Below, in pieces: positions 1 to 10,663 of a DNA stretch of 64,000 nucleotides. The stretch comes from an uncultured Prevotella sp. (lineage in GTDB: Bacteria > Bacteroidota > Bacteroidia > Bacteroidales > Bacteroidaceae): contig CAMOGW010000005.1 in NCBI GenBank assembly GCA_946614435.1, positions 23,147-87,146 of the forward strand. Direction: 5' to 3'. The translations under genes were made by a program, and so were the position numbers. Each line of letters starts with the position of its first letter. Positions within the stretch are counted from its first letter, which is position 1. The notes beneath the pieces are model-generated. The model worked only from the letters and a program-made list of their open reading frames with translations. It made no database searches and was not told the DNA's origin.

Positions 1-306
1 ATGGCCAATATCTCCGATGACCTTTCTGCCGATGTCCAGGACCTCATAGAGGAGAGCATTGCCAAGACCGATCTCTCTGACAAACAGCAGATAGAGCTGC
101 TTGAGAATCTCGGAACAGAATACAGCTTCGATGTTGACTATGATGTGCTGGCCTGTGAGCCTGATGCCGCTCGCGACACGTTGCGTGGCATGATTGCTGT
201 CATGCACGTCACGGGACGCAAGACGATGGCCGAGAAGATGTATCTCAGCATGGCGGCCAAGACGATGGGAGTGTCGAAAGAAGAGCTCGACGAGCTCATG
301 GCTTAG
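1..306 (+). CDS. Hypothetical acidic helical protein, probably 5'-truncated by the window edge
   Basis: ORF begins at base 1 with coding-like codon usage; no family motif recognised. Confidence 0.5.
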   Translation: MANISDDLSADVQDLIEESIAKTDLSDKQQIELLENLGTEYSFDVDYDVLACEPDAARDTLRGMIAVMHVTGRKTMAEKMYLSMAAKTMGVSKEELDELMA

Positions 307-474
307 TCAGCATAGGAGGGGGCGACCGGATTTCTGGTGCCTCTTTCAAGCATATTTTAGAACTCATTTCCAATCCAGATTTAGAAAGCGACAAGTATTA
401 TATAGAGCAAGATGCGAAAATCGGTTTATAGCGTTAATTCTCGCAAATAACTCTCTTCTTACGACCTTTTTTTG

Positions 475-482
475 TATCTTTG
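475..482 (+). promoter_or_regulatory. Bacteroidetes sigma-A -7 element for the metF operon
   Basis: TATCTTTG matches TAnnTTTG, ~28 bp before the metF ATG. Confidence 0.65.
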
Positions 483-509
483 CAACTTGATATGTAAAAA
501 CGTGAAGGA

Positions 510-1466
510 ATGGCAGTTGCAAATATCATCAGCAAAGACAATGAACAACGGCAGTTCTCGTTTGAGGTGCTACCCCCACTGAAAGGGACTGGCACCGAAC
601 GCTTGTTTGCCGACATTGCGAAACTGTGCGAGCTGAATCCTGCTTTTATCAATATTACTACTCATCATAGTGAGTATGTGTATAAAGAGGTGGACGAAGG
701 TCGGTACGAACGGCAGCGAGTGCGGCGCCGTCCGGGAACAATCGCTGTGGCAGCTGCCATCCAACAGCACTTCGGCGTGACGGTGCAGCCGCACGTGATA
801 TGCAGTGGAGCCACGATCGAGGATATAGAATATGAACTGCTTGACCTGCAATTTCTGGGCATAACCGACCTGCTTCTGCTGCGAGGAGACAAAGCAAAGG
901 ACGATGCCGTGTTTAAACCTACGCCCGGAGGGCATGCCCACACAACGGATCTCATCCGACAGGTGATGCGCTTCAACGACGGATTCTTTGCCGACGGAAC
1001 ACCGATTAAGTCGCCAGGCCGTAAGTTTGATATTGGCGTGGCATGCTACCCAGAGAAACATGAGGAAGCTCCGAACTTGGAACGCGACATGGACTACCTG
1101 TTGCAGAAACAGCAACTGGGCGCACAATATGCAGTGACACAGCTGTTCTACGATAATCAGAAATATTTTGAATTCGTGGAAAAAGCCCGGCAAATGGGCA
1201 TCACGATTCCCATCATTCCAGGCATTAAGCCATTGGCGAAGTTGAGTCAGCTGACGGTGGTGCCGAAGACGTTCCACTGTGATATCCCTGAATTGCTGGC
1301 ACGCGAAATCGTGAAATGCAAGACCGATGAAGATGCCCGACAGTTGGGTGTGGAGTGGACTACTGAGCAGTGCAGGGAGCTCTACGAGCATGGCATCAAT
1401 GACATTCACTTCTACACGATGGGAGCGGTTGACTCCGTTGTGCAAATAGTGCGGAACCTAAGGTGA
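510..1466 (+). CDS. metF: 5,10-methylenetetrahydrofolate reductase
   Basis: FSFEVLPPLKG, LLLRGD, VACYPEKH, AVTQLFYD and IHFYTMG motifs. Confidence 0.95.
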   Translation: MAVANIISKDNEQRQFSFEVLPPLKGTGTERLFADIAKLCELNPAFINITTHHSEYVYKEVDEGRYERQRVRRRPGTIAVAAAIQQHFGVTVQPHVICSGATIEDIEYELLDLQFLGITDLLLLRGDKAKDDAVFKPTPGGHAHTTDLIRQVMRFNDGFFADGTPIKSPGRKFDIGVACYPEKHEEAPNLERDMDYLLQKQQLGAQYAVTQLFYDNQKYFEFVEKARQMGITIPIIPGIKPLAKLSQLTVVPKTFHCDIPELLAREIVKCKTDEDARQLGVEWTTEQCRELYEHGINDIHFYTMGAVDSVVQIVRNLR

Positions 1467-1467
1467 T

Positions 1468-2577
1468 ATGACATTCAACGAAGTAATAGGACAGGAGGAG
1501 GTGAAAGAACGCCTCAAGCAGATGGTGAGCGAAGACCGTCTGCCGCATGCCATTATGCTCTGTGGTCCTTCGGGTGTGGGAAAGAAGGCACTGGCAACTG
1601 CATTTGCCTGTTATTTACTGTCCAAGACTCCACAGGAAGAGACCATGCTACAGAAATTGGAGCATCCTGACCTGCATTTTACCTTTCCCACAATCAAGTT
1701 GCCCTCAATGGGAAGCGACCACATGCCAGTGAGCGACGATTTCATCCGTGAATGGCGCGAGCTGATGCTGAAGAGTCCTTACTTCTCGATGGACAGTTGG
1801 ATGACTGCTATCGGTGCTGAGAACCAACAGGCCATTATCACGGCAGGCGAGAGCGATGAACTGGTGCGTAAGCTGTCGTTGAAGTCGAGTCAGGGTGGAT
1901 ATAAGGTGTCGGTCATCTGGTTGCCTGAGCGCATGAACATCGCATGTGCCAATAAACTGCTGAAACTGATTGAAGAACCACCACAGCAAACGGTGTTCAT
2001 CATGGTGTGTGAAGAGCCAGACCGATTGCTGGAAACCATCCGCAGCAGGGTGCAGCGAATCGACGTGAAGCGCGTAGACAATGAGAGCGTGCGTAAGGCT
2101 TTAGTGGAACGACGCGGCATTGACGAACAGATGGCCATAAGGATAAGCCGACTGGCCAATGGCTCATGGCTGAAGGCACTGGAGGAATTGCAGGTGGGCT
2201 CGGAGAACGAGCAATTCTTGGACCTCTTCATCATGTTGATGCGACTGGCTTATCAGCGTAAGGTGAAGGACCTGCGCAGATGGAGTGACGAGATGGCAAC
2301 CTTTGGGCGCGAGAAACAGAAGCGCTTTTTGGAATTCTTCCTGCGCATGCTGCGTGAGAACTTTATGTATAATTTCCAACAGCAGGAACTCTGCTACATG
2401 ACGCAGAAGGAAGAAGACTTTGCCCGCAACTTTGCCCGTTTCATCAATGAGGCGAATGTGCTGGAGATTTATGATATCGTGAACCGTGCGATTCGTGACA
2501 TAGGGCAGAATGCCAGTGCGAAGATCGTGTTCTTCGACTTGGCGCTGCAAATGATAGTTTTGCTTATACAGAAATAG
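1468..2577 (+). CDS. holB: DNA polymerase III delta' subunit
   Basis: VIGQ..., LPHAIMLCGPSGVGK, HPDLHF, ANKLLKLIEEPP, LETIRSR. Confidence 0.92.
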   Translation: MTFNEVIGQEEVKERLKQMVSEDRLPHAIMLCGPSGVGKKALATAFACYLLSKTPQEETMLQKLEHPDLHFTFPTIKLPSMGSDHMPVSDDFIREWRELMLKSPYFSMDSWMTAIGAENQQAIITAGESDELVRKLSLKSSQGGYKVSVIWLPERMNIACANKLLKLIEEPPQQTVFIMVCEEPDRLLETIRSRVQRIDVKRVDNESVRKALVERRGIDEQMAIRISRLANGSWLKALEELQVGSENEQFLDLFIMLMRLAYQRKVKDLRRWSDEMATFGREKQKRFLEFFLRMLRENFMYNFQQQELCYMTQKEEDFARNFARFINEANVLEIYDIVNRAIRDIGQNASAKIVFFDLALQMIVLLIQK

Positions 2578-2582
2578 AAAAT

Positions 2583-3773
2583 ATGGAACAGAAACAAAAG
2601 GAATATGAAATACGGACTGGGTGCAGCCGAGGATTGTGCCGTGCTGCCATAGGGCGACAGGACCGACAGCTGAATACATACGACTGGCTGGCCGATGTGC
2701 CGGGCAATGCCGATTCGACTGATCTGGTGGAGGTGCAGTTCAAACATACACGTAAGGGCTACTATCATAACGTGAACAAACTGCCGCTGAAGAAAGGTGA
2801 CATTGTGGCCGTGGAGGCCAGTCCCGGTCACGACATTGGAGTGGTGACACTGACAGGACGACTGGTAAAGATGCAACTGAAAAAAGCTAATCTGAAGTCG
2901 GCTGACGATATTAAACGTGTGTATCGCCTTGCACGTCAGATTGATATGGAAAAGTATCATGAGGCAAAGGCACGTGAGCATGAGACGATGATTGAGAGTC
3001 GTGAAATTGCTAAGGGCTTGGGGCTGCAGATGAAAATAGGCGATGTGGAGTATCAAGGCGACGGTCAGAAAGCCATCTTTTACTATATCGCTGACGAACG
3101 TGTGGATTTCCGTCAGCTCATCAAGGATTTGGCTGCTGCGTTCCATGTGCGCATTGAGATGAAACAAATCGGTGCCCGACAAGAGGCTGGCCGTATAGGC
3201 GGAACAGGGCCTTGTGGGCGCGAGTTGTGCTGCGCCACATGGATGAAGAACTTCGTCTCGGTATCAACGAGTGCCGCTCGATTTCAGGATATTTCGCTCA
3301 ATCCTCAGAAGTTGGCAGGTATGTGCGCTAAGCTGAAGTGCTGTCTGAACTATGAGGTGGATGACTATATTGAGGCTGGTCGTCGGCTGCCAGGACGCGA
3401 TGTGATGTTGCAGACACTGGATTCTGATTATTATATGTTCAAGACCGATATCTTGGCGGGACTCGTGACTTACAGCACTGACAAGCGGATGGCTGCCAAT
3501 CTTGAAACAATCACGGCTGAACGCGCCAAGGAGATAATCGAGATGAACAAGCGAGGGGAGAAGCCAGAGTCGTTGCAGCCCGATAATAAGCAGAGGGAGC
3601 CCGAAGGTCCCGTTGATCTGCTGGCAGGCGACAGCATCACCCGCTTTGATAAGAGTAAGAAGAAAAAGAAGAAAAAGCCACAGCAACCTGGAGCACAACA
3701 TCAGGAGGGTGGCGGCGAAACAAGAGAAAGAAAGAATAAGAAAAAGCCCAGAAATGAGGAACCTAAGCAATAG
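2583..3773 (+). CDS. PSP1-domain (RicT/YaaT-like) Fe-S regulatory protein
   Basis: RVDFRQLIK, GGTGPCGRELCC, LAGMCAKLKCCLNYE; usual position after holB. Confidence 0.88.
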   Translation: MEQKQKEYEIRTGCSRGLCRAAIGRQDRQLNTYDWLADVPGNADSTDLVEVQFKHTRKGYYHNVNKLPLKKGDIVAVEASPGHDIGVVTLTGRLVKMQLKKANLKSADDIKRVYRLARQIDMEKYHEAKAREHETMIESREIAKGLGLQMKIGDVEYQGDGQKAIFYYIADERVDFRQLIKDLAAAFHVRIEMKQIGARQEAGRIGGTGPCGRELCCATWMKNFVSVSTSAARFQDISLNPQKLAGMCAKLKCCLNYEVDDYIEAGRRLPGRDVMLQTLDSDYYMFKTDILAGLVTYSTDKRMAANLETITAERAKEIIEMNKRGEKPESLQPDNKQREPEGPVDLLAGDSITRFDKSKKKKKKKPQQPGAQHQEGGGETRERKNKKKPRNEEPKQ

Positions 3774-4233
3774 CTTCTTTTTTGGCGCAATATGTCTTAC
3801 GGTTGCACTGGTCATGGGCAGTTGCAACCGTAAGGCCATTTACAGCCATTATGATCATACGGACATCAGGGAAGGGTGGGACCGTGGCGACACGCTGGAA
3901 TTCCTGATACCCAAAATGGGTAAAGAGGGGATGTATAGTGAAGAAGTGGGTCTCCGCACCACAACTGCCTATCCTTTTACCTCACTGACGATGATTGTGA
4001 AACAGCAAGCCTTTCCTTCGGGCTTTTCCCGCAGCGATACGGTGACAATATTGCTAACTGATAGTGTGGGCAATAGGCTGGGTAATGGCATCATGCTTTA
4101 TCAGAATAATTGTCAATTACCCGATGTTCAGCTCAGTGGAGAGGATTCTCTGAAGATTTTGATTTCCCATTATATGAAACGTGAAAGCCTGCGCGGCATT
4201 TCTGATATTGGGGTGACAATCAGGCAGAAATAA
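3754..4233 (+). CDS. gldH: GldH-family lipoprotein
   Basis: Lipobox VMGSC after an ATG at 3754; GW..DTL.F, LRTTTAYPF, GISDIGV; holB-PSP1-gldH order. Confidence 0.8.
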   Translation: MRNLSNSFFFGAICLTVALVMGSCNRKAIYSHYDHTDIREGWDRGDTLEFLIPKMGKEGMYSEEVGLRTTTAYPFTSLTMIVKQQAFPSGFSRSDTVTILLTDSVGNRLGNGIMLYQNNCQLPDVQLSGEDSLKILISHYMKRESLRGISDIGVTIRQK

Positions 4234-4261
4234 GTGATGCAGAGCAGAGAAGTGACGAGGG

Positions 4262-5737
4262 TTAGCTCTTCGTGCGATTACTCTCTGCGTCAATACGGAG
4301 GAAAATGAAAAGCAGGAAAGTGAATCCCCAAAGCGAGGAACCTCCATAGCTAAAGAAGGGCAGTGGAATGCCAATGACGGGAGTTAAGCCTAAGACCATG
4401 CCCACGTTGATGAACACGTGGAAGAGAAACACCGACAATACACAATAGCCATAGACTCGACCGAAGGTGCTGATTTGTCGTTCGGCCAGATAGATGAGGC
4501 GCAGGATGAGTGCAAGGAAGAGCAGTAATACACTGGCTGCTCCAACAAAGCCCTCCTCTTCGCCTACGGTGCAGAATATGAAATCGGTGTCTTGCTCGGG
4601 TACGTATTTCAGTTTGGTCTGCGTGCCGTTCAGGAATCCTTTACCCTCCAGTCCGCCTGACCCTATGGCTATCTCGCTCTGATGGACGTTATAACCGGCA
4701 CCCTTCAGGTCTTCTTCCAATCCTAACAGTACGTTGATACGTGTGCGCTGATGTGCTTCAAGAATATTGTTGAGCGCATAGTCAGCCATGTTGAAGAAGA
4801 TCACCGAACCGAAAGTAAATGCTGCTATCCAAAGGTAGTTCTTGATGCGTGAGGCCAACGCCTGCACGATGAGGAAAATGATTAACAAGATGCAGAGTCC
4901 CATCTGTATCCAAAACATGTCAAAGGGAATGACGTAGATAGAAAAAGCTGCACAAACTATAGTCACACCGATACAAATACCCGATATTTGGAGCGCCTGC
5001 TTTCGTTCCTTACAGAAAATCCACACCATAGCGGCTGTGAATATCTGAATGAGTAGCAGAACGACAAACTTGCCCACTGACGTTGGGGTGTTGAACAACA
5101 TGACTTCGGAATAGCGGATGCCGATAACAAAATAGATGATCATGGCAACACCCGTGAAAAGTACGCTACCAGTCATACCTTCACGATAGAGCATCAGGAA
5201 GAAACTGAAATAGACGAGAGCTGAACCAGTTTCGCGCTGCATGACGATGAAGAGCATAGGCGTGAAGATGATGGCCAGTGTGACGGCAAAGTCTCTCCAT
5301 TTGTGAATGTCGTAGTCGAACTTACTCATGAACTTTGCCAAAGCCAGTGCGGTGGCAAATTTCGCGAACTCAGCAGGTTGCAGGCGGATAGGTCCCAAGA
5401 CGAGCCACGATCGGGAACCTTTGATGGTATGGGTGTTGAAAATGGTGACAAAAAGTAGAGCGAGTAGTATGGCAAACAGCGCGTAGGCAAAAGTTTCATA
5501 GAAGCGATTGTCGATGAGCAGAAGCGTGAGTCCCAGTAGGAACGAGGTGCCGATCCATACGATCTGCATGCCCGAACGTGTGGAGAGCGAGAGCAAATCG
5601 GTATCACCATAGGTGTAACTGGCACCGCACACGCTAATCCATCCGAACGTGAGCAGAGCAACGTAGATGGCAATCGTCCACCAGTCGAGTGAGCGCAGCA
5701 CTCCTTTGTCTCTGTCGTTTCTTCTGTAGTCTTGCAT
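4262..5737 (-). CDS. rodA: Rod shape-determining protein RodA (SEDS)
   Basis: LDWW, GSRSW, QPAEFAK, PEQDTDFIF, LPFFSYGGSS; start moved to ATG 5737. Confidence 0.95.
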   Translation of the reverse strand: MQDYRRNDRDKGVLRSLDWWTIAIYVALLTFGWISVCGASYTYGDTDLLSLSTRSGMQIVWIGTSFLLGLTLLLIDNRFYETFAYALFAILLALLFVTIFNTHTIKGSRSWLVLGPIRLQPAEFAKFATALALAKFMSKFDYDIHKWRDFAVTLAIIFTPMLFIVMQRETGSALVYFSFFLMLYREGMTGSVLFTGVAMIIYFVIGIRYSEVMLFNTPTSVGKFVVLLLIQIFTAAMVWIFCKERKQALQISGICIGVTIVCAAFSIYVIPFDMFWIQMGLCILLIIFLIVQALASRIKNYLWIAAFTFGSVIFFNMADYALNNILEAHQRTRINVLLGLEEDLKGAGYNVHQSEIAIGSGGLEGKGFLNGTQTKLKYVPEQDTDFIFCTVGEEEGFVGAASVLLLFLALILRLIYLAERQISTFGRVYGYCVLSVFLFHVFINVGMVLGLTPVIGIPLPFFSYGGSSLWGFTFLLFIFLRIDAESNRTKS

Positions 5738-5760
5738 GAGTCTTTTGTTTTTTGTGCATG

Positions 5761-7608
5761 TTATCGGACATCGCTGCCGTAGTTGATACGCTTTTCCTGA
5801 ATGGTTTTCGCTTTCAGTTGAGAAGCCTCTGAGAGCTGACCGTGCAGGTATTGCTCCATGAGCAGACCACCGATAGGTACGCCGTAGGTGGCACCCCATC
5901 CGCCATTCTCAACATAGACGGCAATGGCAATCTTAGGATTGTCCATCGGGGCAAAGCCCATGAAAACGGAGTGGTCTTGTCCTCGGTTCTGTGCTGTACC
6001 TGTCTTTCCGCAAGCCTCGAAGTCATAGCGGGCAAGTTCATGGCATGTGCCGCCCAAGGCTGATGCACGCATGCCTTTAACCACGTAGTCATAGCTCTCG
6101 CGTGTTGCTTTCGTATAGTGTCGGGTAGTGAAGGCCGTGTCGAGTGGCTCGCCTTGAACCTTCTTCACTACGTGTGGAGTGATGTAGTAGCCACGGTTGG
6201 CAATGGTGGCTCCAAGATTTGCAATCTGCAAGGGAGTGAGGTTTACCTCGCCTTGTCCGATGCTGATCGAGATGATGGTAAGTCCGTTCCACGAACCCTT
6301 ATAGGCTTTGTCATAGAACTGTGCGTTCGGGATGAGGCCGCGTTTCTCGCCGGGCAGGTCGATGCCGAGCTGGTAGCCGAATCCCATTGATACCATATAG
6401 TCGCGCCATGTATTCATGGCATTCTGCACACTGCCGTATTTGCGGTTACCAATCATGTAATAAAGTCCCCAGCAGAAGAATCCGTTGCATGATGTGCTGA
6501 GTGCAGGAACCAATGGGAGAGGTGATGCATGGCCGTGGCAACCTACACGCAATCCTTTATAGACAAATCCATGATAGCAGGGATAAGTGGTCTCGGGCGT
6601 GATAATGCCTTCAGAGAGGAAGGTTAATCCTTGCGAGGTCTTGAAAGTAGAACCAGGAGGGTAGCGTCCCATGATGCTGCGATTGAGCAATGGCTTCCAT
6701 GTGTCTCGACTTAGTTCACGATGGCTCTTCGAACGTTTTCGGCCTACCATGATGCGAGGATCGTAGGAGGGAGAGGAGACCATGCAAAGCACCTCACCTG
6801 TCTTAGGCTCAATCGCTACGATGCTGCCAATCTTGCCTTCCATCAGCCGTTCGCCCAGTGCTTGTAAGCGGAAGTCGATGCCCAGCGTGAGGTCTTTGCC
6901 CGGTATAGGCTTCCGGTCGAGCGCACCATTCTGATAACTGCCCTTGATTCGGCCATGAGCATCGCGAAGTAGAATCTGAACACCCTTTACGCCACGCAGT
7001 TGTTTCTCATAGGAGCGTTCCACACCTTGTTTCCCGATATAGTCGCCTGGCTGATAATAGTCATCTTCCTCAATGTCAGAGGGCGACACTTCAGCCACAT
7101 CGCCTAACACATGAGCAGCATAGGGGAATTGATATTGTCGGATGCTGCGCCGCTGAATGTAGAAGCCGGGAAAGCGATACATCTTCTCTTGGAACACGCT
7201 GAAGTCTTTGTCGGATAGTTGGTTCATGAACATCTGTTCAGTGAAACGCGAATAGCCGGGATTCTTCGAGCGGTCTTTTATGTTCGACATGCGCAGGTCA
7301 AATTCTTCGCGAGTGATGCCCAGCGTCTGGCATAGCTCGAGCGTATCCAGATGGTCCTTGGCCTCGTTGATGACCACCATTATGTCGTATGCAGGCTGAT
7401 TGAAAACAAGCAACTGACCATTGCGGTCGCGTATATTGCCGCGCGATGGGAAATCGACTTTCTTTAGGAATGCATTAGAGTCGGCATTCTTCTTGTAGTC
7501 ATCACTCATGAGCTGCAGAAAGAACAGGCGCAGAATATAGATGATGACGATGACTACAGCTACACCGCCAATCACATATTTTCTTGTATCCAGCTCGTTA
7601 TCTTTCAT
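5761..7608 (-). CDS. mrdA: Penicillin-binding protein 2
   Basis: YPPGSTFK (SxxK), SCN, KTGTAQ; in the mre operon. Confidence 0.95.
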   Translation of the reverse strand: MKDNELDTRKYVIGGVAVVIVIIYILRLFFLQLMSDDYKKNADSNAFLKKVDFPSRGNIRDRNGQLLVFNQPAYDIMVVINEAKDHLDTLELCQTLGITREEFDLRMSNIKDRSKNPGYSRFTEQMFMNQLSDKDFSVFQEKMYRFPGFYIQRRSIRQYQFPYAAHVLGDVAEVSPSDIEEDDYYQPGDYIGKQGVERSYEKQLRGVKGVQILLRDAHGRIKGSYQNGALDRKPIPGKDLTLGIDFRLQALGERLMEGKIGSIVAIEPKTGEVLCMVSSPSYDPRIMVGRKRSKSHRELSRDTWKPLLNRSIMGRYPPGSTFKTSQGLTFLSEGIITPETTYPCYHGFVYKGLRVGCHGHASPLPLVPALSTSCNGFFCWGLYYMIGNRKYGSVQNAMNTWRDYMVSMGFGYQLGIDLPGEKRGLIPNAQFYDKAYKGSWNGLTIISISIGQGEVNLTPLQIANLGATIANRGYYITPHVVKKVQGEPLDTAFTTRHYTKATRESYDYVVKGMRASALGGTCHELARYDFEACGKTGTAQNRGQDHSVFMGFAPMDNPKIAIAVYVENGGWGATYGVPIGGLLMEQYLHGQLSEASQLKAKTIQEKRINYGSDVR

Positions 7609-7648
7609 TTGCAAATGTGGTTGCTCTCAAATCGTCTAATTTAATTTC

Positions 7649-8146
7649 CTATTGTCGAATCGTCTCCAGGCTCAGAATGAGGATGAAGGTGAGAAGCATG
7701 CTGCTGAAAATATATTGCAGCCATTGCTGCCAGTTGTAGAAATTGAATGCTTCGACTGTAAAGAAAGTGAAACAGAAAATAAACACTATGAGCAAAGTGA
7801 AGGTTGAGAACTTGCCCCATCCCAATGTCTTGGCCGACACGTTGATGTTTTCTTCAGCATCGCGCGGAATGAAGAACTCCAGCAGATATGGTTGCAAGGC
7901 TCCTGCTAACGTAAGCGAACTGCTGGCCACACCAGGTGTGTTGGAGAACATGTCAATCGTTACTCCCAGGGCAAAGCTCCATAGCAGAATGCTCCATTTG
8001 GGGAGGTTGCGTGGAAACATGATCACGAAATGGATATAAGGGAGCGGTATGGCGCAGTGAAACAGCTGGATGCGGTTACACACCAGTGCCTGTGCCAAAC
8101 AGAACAGGACAAATACCAAAAGACGTTTCAGCGAGTCTATAGTCAT
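7649..8146 (-). CDS. mreD: Rod shape-determining protein MreD
   Basis: Hydrophobic 165-aa protein between mreC and mrdA; D.FSNTPG motif. Confidence 0.85.
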   Translation of the reverse strand: MTIDSLKRLLVFVLFCLAQALVCNRIQLFHCAIPLPYIHFVIMFPRNLPKWSILLWSFALGVTIDMFSNTPGVASSSLTLAGALQPYLLEFFIPRDAEENINVSAKTLGWGKFSTFTLLIVFIFCFTFFTVEAFNFYNWQQWLQYIFSSMLLTFILILSLETIRQ

Positions 8147-8151
8147 AGCAC

Positions 8152-9024
8152 TTATTCTTTTTTTGGCATTAGCATGAGAGAGTCATTCGCAGCTTCTTTC
8201 AGTCGCATACGGTCAACGATCTCCTTGTCGTCAATTACGCAGACGTCACGCAGTTTAGCAAAGTCGGTAGAGAGCTTTATCAGCAGTCGATAGGAAAGAC
8301 CGTCATTCGAGTTGTATATTTTCTCAATCTTTCCTACAGACACTCCATGAGGAAATATTGAAGAGTAGCCACTCGTCTCAATCCAGTTGCCTTTCTTGAA
8401 ACGTGCATGACGGGGAACTCCTTCCAGATAGGCCCGTGTGACATCGCCGCCCTTCCATGACAAATAGCCAAAATAGCTGCTGCCACGAATGGCACAACTG
8501 ATGCGTGAGCGTTCGTTCAGTGCAGAGATAACGATAGAGTAGTGCGGACTCACCAAATACACAACGCCCACGATGCCAGTGCCGCAGATGACTCCCATAT
8601 CGGTCTGCACACCATCGGCACTTCCTTTGTCGATGGTAATGAGATTGTCGGCATTGCCAATTGAGTTTGATACCACTTTGGCATTGATCAGGCGAACATT
8701 TTCCAGCGTGTCACGTTTCAGCTCCTTTGCATAAGCCGATGTGTCTGCTTTCATGTCAAGGAGCTGTTGTGTCATCTTCTCCAACTGTTCTTCCAGCTCA
8801 ATGTTCTGCCGGGTCAGCTCTTCATTTAGTTGGGTGAGCGAGAAGAAGTGTTCCACGCCAGCCTGCCATTCATATATTTTTCCTGTCACCGAGTTGGCTG
8901 ATGATATCCAGACACTGGCCTGATAGTTGTTATAACTAAAGAGCATGACAACACTGACTGCTTCCAAAATGATGAAAAGCAGCCAGTGAAAGTGTTGTGT
9001 AATGAAAGTCCAGAAATTTTGCAT
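8152..9024 (-). CDS. mreC: Rod shape-determining protein MreC
   Basis: N-terminal TM, coiled coil, ITIDKGSADGV, TSGYSSIFP. Confidence 0.93.
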   Translation of the reverse strand: MQNFWTFITQHFHWLLFIILEAVSVVMLFSYNNYQASVWISSANSVTGKIYEWQAGVEHFFSLTQLNEELTRQNIELEEQLEKMTQQLLDMKADTSAYAKELKRDTLENVRLINAKVVSNSIGNADNLITIDKGSADGVQTDMGVICGTGIVGVVYLVSPHYSIVISALNERSRISCAIRGSSYFGYLSWKGGDVTRAYLEGVPRHARFKKGNWIETSGYSSIFPHGVSVGKIEKIYNSNDGLSYRLLIKLSTDFAKLRDVCVIDDKEIVDRMRLKEAANDSLMLMPKKE

Positions 9025-10046
9025 CAGCGCATCAAGAACGAGAAGCGGTCAACATTCTTCAGTGCAATGCCTGCACCCTTTGCAACCGAATGCAAAGGAT
9101 CCTCGGGTACGTGGAACTGGATGTTGATCTTGTCCTCCAAGCGTTTGTCAAGTCCACGCAGCAGTGCACCGCCGCCACTCAGGTAGATGCCGTTCTTCAC
9201 GATGTCGGCATAGAGCTCGGGGGGCGTGTTCTCCAATGCAGAGAGTACTGCGTTCTCAATCTTGGCCACGGTCTTGTCCAGACAGTGTGCAATCTCCTGA
9301 TAGCACACCGGCACCTCCATCGGCAGTGCGGTGATACGGTTAGGACCATGAACGATATAGTCTTCAGGAGCCTCGTCGCCCAAGTCGGTGAGTGCAGAAC
9401 CTACGTGAATCTTGATGCGTTCGGCCATACGTTCCGAAACCTTCACGTTGTGCTGACGGCTCATGTATTCCTGTATGTCAGCAGTCAGATCGTCGCCAGC
9501 AGTACGAATCGAGTTGTTCGAAACAATGCCGCCCAGCGAAATGACGGCAATCTCGGTCGATCCGCCACCGATGTCAACAATCATGTTGCCTTCGGGGGCT
9601 TCCACGTCGATACCGATACCAATAGCGGCTGCCATAGGTTCGAATATAAGGTAAACATCGCGACCGTCTGCATGCTCGGCAGAATCTCTCACAGCGCGTA
9701 GCTCCACTTCAGTTGAGCCCGACGGAACACCGATGACCATGCGAAGCGACGGAGAGAAGAGGTGACGGCCTGAATGTACCATCTTGATGAAGCCGCGCAT
9801 CATTTGCTCGCAGGCTGAGAAGTCGGCTATCACGCCATCGCGTAAGGGGCGAATGGTGCGAATGTTCTCGTGGGTCTTCTCATACATCATCTTAGCCTGC
9901 GTTCCTACTGCAATCATCTTGTCGGTTCTGCGGTCGAGTGCCACCACCGAAGGCTCATCTACTACGATTTTGTCGTCGCTGATGATAATTGTATTGGCTG
10001 TGCCAAGGTCCATGGCCAGCTCTTGTCTGAAACTAAAAAATCCCAT
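9024..10046 (-). CDS. mreB: Actin-like protein MreB
   Basis: DLGTANT, RPLRDGVIADF, DIGGGSTE, GGGALL. Confidence 0.97.
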   Translation of the reverse strand: MGFFSFRQELAMDLGTANTIIISDDKIVVDEPSVVALDRRTDKMIAVGTQAKMMYEKTHENIRTIRPLRDGVIADFSACEQMMRGFIKMVHSGRHLFSPSLRMVIGVPSGSTEVELRAVRDSAEHADGRDVYLIFEPMAAAIGIGIDVEAPEGNMIVDIGGGSTEIAVISLGGIVSNNSIRTAGDDLTADIQEYMSRQHNVKVSERMAERIKIHVGSALTDLGDEAPEDYIVHGPNRITALPMEVPVCYQEIAHCLDKTVAKIENAVLSALENTPPELYADIVKNGIYLSGGGALLRGLDKRLEDKINIQFHVPEDPLHSVAKGAGIALKNVDRFSFLMR

Positions 10047-10066
10047 ATCTGTGTGAGTTCCCTAAA

Positions 10067-10663
10067 TTAGTGATTAAGAAACCAGGAGTGAATAGCCGTG
10101 TCGTAGTGAGAGCTTACACCAAAGGCACGCTCGGCAAACATCTTGCGGTCTTCAATATCAGTCTGAGCACCTTTTTTGTTCAGAATGTCGAGCAACACAG
10201 GATATTCGGCCTTCGACGGCACAATGACTACGTCCTTGAAATTCTTGGCTCCTGCACGGATGAGCGAAATGCCGCCGATGTCTATTTTCTCAATGATGTC
10301 GGCCTCAGAGGCACCGCTGGCAACGGTCTGCTCGAAGGGATACAAGTCAACAATCACCAAGTCGATTTCGGGAATTTCATATTTAGCCATCTGTTCGCGG
10401 TCGCCTTCGTTGTCGCGACGTCCCAGAATGCCTCCGAATACTTTCGGGTGGAGCGTCTTTACGCGGCCTCCGAGAATGGATGGATAGGTTGTCAGATCCT
10501 CTACCTTCTGACATTCATAGCCCAGCGACTCAATGAATGTCTGAGTGCCGCCCGTAGAGAGGAACTTCACGCCCTCTGCATTGAGCTTTTTCAACAATTC
10601 GTCCAGTCCGTCCTTGTGGAAAACGGAAATCAGTGCAGTCTTAATTTTCTTAACTTCTGGCAT
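10067..10663 (-). CDS. purH: IMP cyclohydrolase (PurH N-terminal/MGS-like domain only)
   Basis: ALISVFHK, STGGT, GGRVKTLHP, IDIGG, AKN; stops at ~198 aa; -7 promoter at 10715-10722 supports ATG 10663. Confidence 0.85.
   Translation of the reverse strand: MPEVKKIKTALISVFHKDGLDELLKKLNAEGVKFLSTGGTQTFIESLGYECQKVEDLTTYPSILGGRVKTLHPKVFGGILGRRDNEGDREQMAKYEIPEIDLVIVDLYPFEQTVASGASEADIIEKIDIGGISLIRAGAKNFKDVVIVPSKAEYPVLLDILNKKGAQTDIEDRKMFAERAFGVSSHYDTAIHSWFLNH

Noticed and set aside
307-509. SAM or other riboswitch upstream of metF
   Set aside because: The -7 promoter is only ~28 bp before the ATG, leaving no room, and no aptamer consensus is seen
570-1445. Long antisense ORFs (also 9090-9701, 15032-15901, 58975-60132)
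   Set aside because: They lie opposite confidently identified genes and have no motifs; expected from codon bias
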